Source of the DNA: Chiloscyllium plagiosum
Taxonomy: Eukaryota
Reading direction: 5' to 3'
DNA: 20,000 nucleotides
Assembly (NCBI RefSeq): GCF_004010195.1
Contig: NC_057711.1
Coordinates: forward strand, 82,268,566-82,288,565
Part shown: one piece after another, positions 19,727-20,000 of the stretch
Numbering within the stretch: position 1 is the first letter of the stretch
Layout: every line of letters starts with the position of its first letter
Made by a program: the position numbers and the translations under genes
The notes under the pieces: model-generated
Seen by the model: only the letters and a program-made list of their open reading frames with translations
Databases searched by the model: none
Told to the model about the DNA's origin: nothing

Positions 19727-20000
19727 CTGCAGATGCTGGAGATCAGAGCTGAAAATGTGTTGCTGGAAAAGTGCAGCAGGTCAGGCAGCATCCAAGGAGC
19801 AGGAGAATCGAAGTTTCGGGCATGAGCCCTTCTTCAGGAATGAGGAGGGTGTACCAAGTAGGCTAAGATAAAAGGTAGGGAGGAGGGACTTGGGGGAGGG
19901 GCGTTGGAAATGCAATAGGTGGAAGGAGGTTAGGGTGAGGGTGATAGGCCGGAGAGGGGGTGGGGGTGGAGAGGTCGGGAAGAAGATTGCAGGTCAAGAA
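19727..20000 (-). mobile_element. Neptune-like PLE pseudo-LTR (same family as 7283-7669), runs off window end
   Basis: Close reverse complement of about 7387-7655. Confidence 0.92.
19806..19841 (-). ncRNA. Hammerhead ribozyme motif (core intact, UUC triplet)
   Basis: AUUC CUGAAGA A GGGC-UCAU-GCCC GAAAC UUC GAUU; one difference from the 7541 copy. Confidence 0.8.

Overview
Non-coding, transposon-rich vertebrate DNA. The CR1 3' tails and Penelope families look like those of a cartilaginous fish (inference). No intact host gene, rRNA, tRNA or CRISPR array was found. About half of the window consists of decayed CR1-group LINE fragments and nine Penelope-like element (PLE) insertions, often nested in one another. 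The PLEs fall into two groups: Poseidon/Penelope-like, and Neptune-like with a Cys-rich linker before the GIY-YIG endonuclease. The main signal missing from the ORF track is 12 minimal type-I hammerhead ribozyme motifs (CUGANGA-stem II-GAAA-NUH) in the PLE pseudo-LTRs; three have intact cores (1171, 7017, 7541) and the rest are mutated, often at CpGs. Two PLE insertions (676-1278 and 10202-10716) are fold-back palindromes with a ribozyme on each arm, a 3'-only tail and clean 13-14 bp target-site duplications. Hammerheads in PLEs are a known phenomenon, so this is a rich local example rather than a demonstrably new system. A possible terminal exon and 3' UTR of an unidentified minus-strand host gene lies at about 18260-19214.
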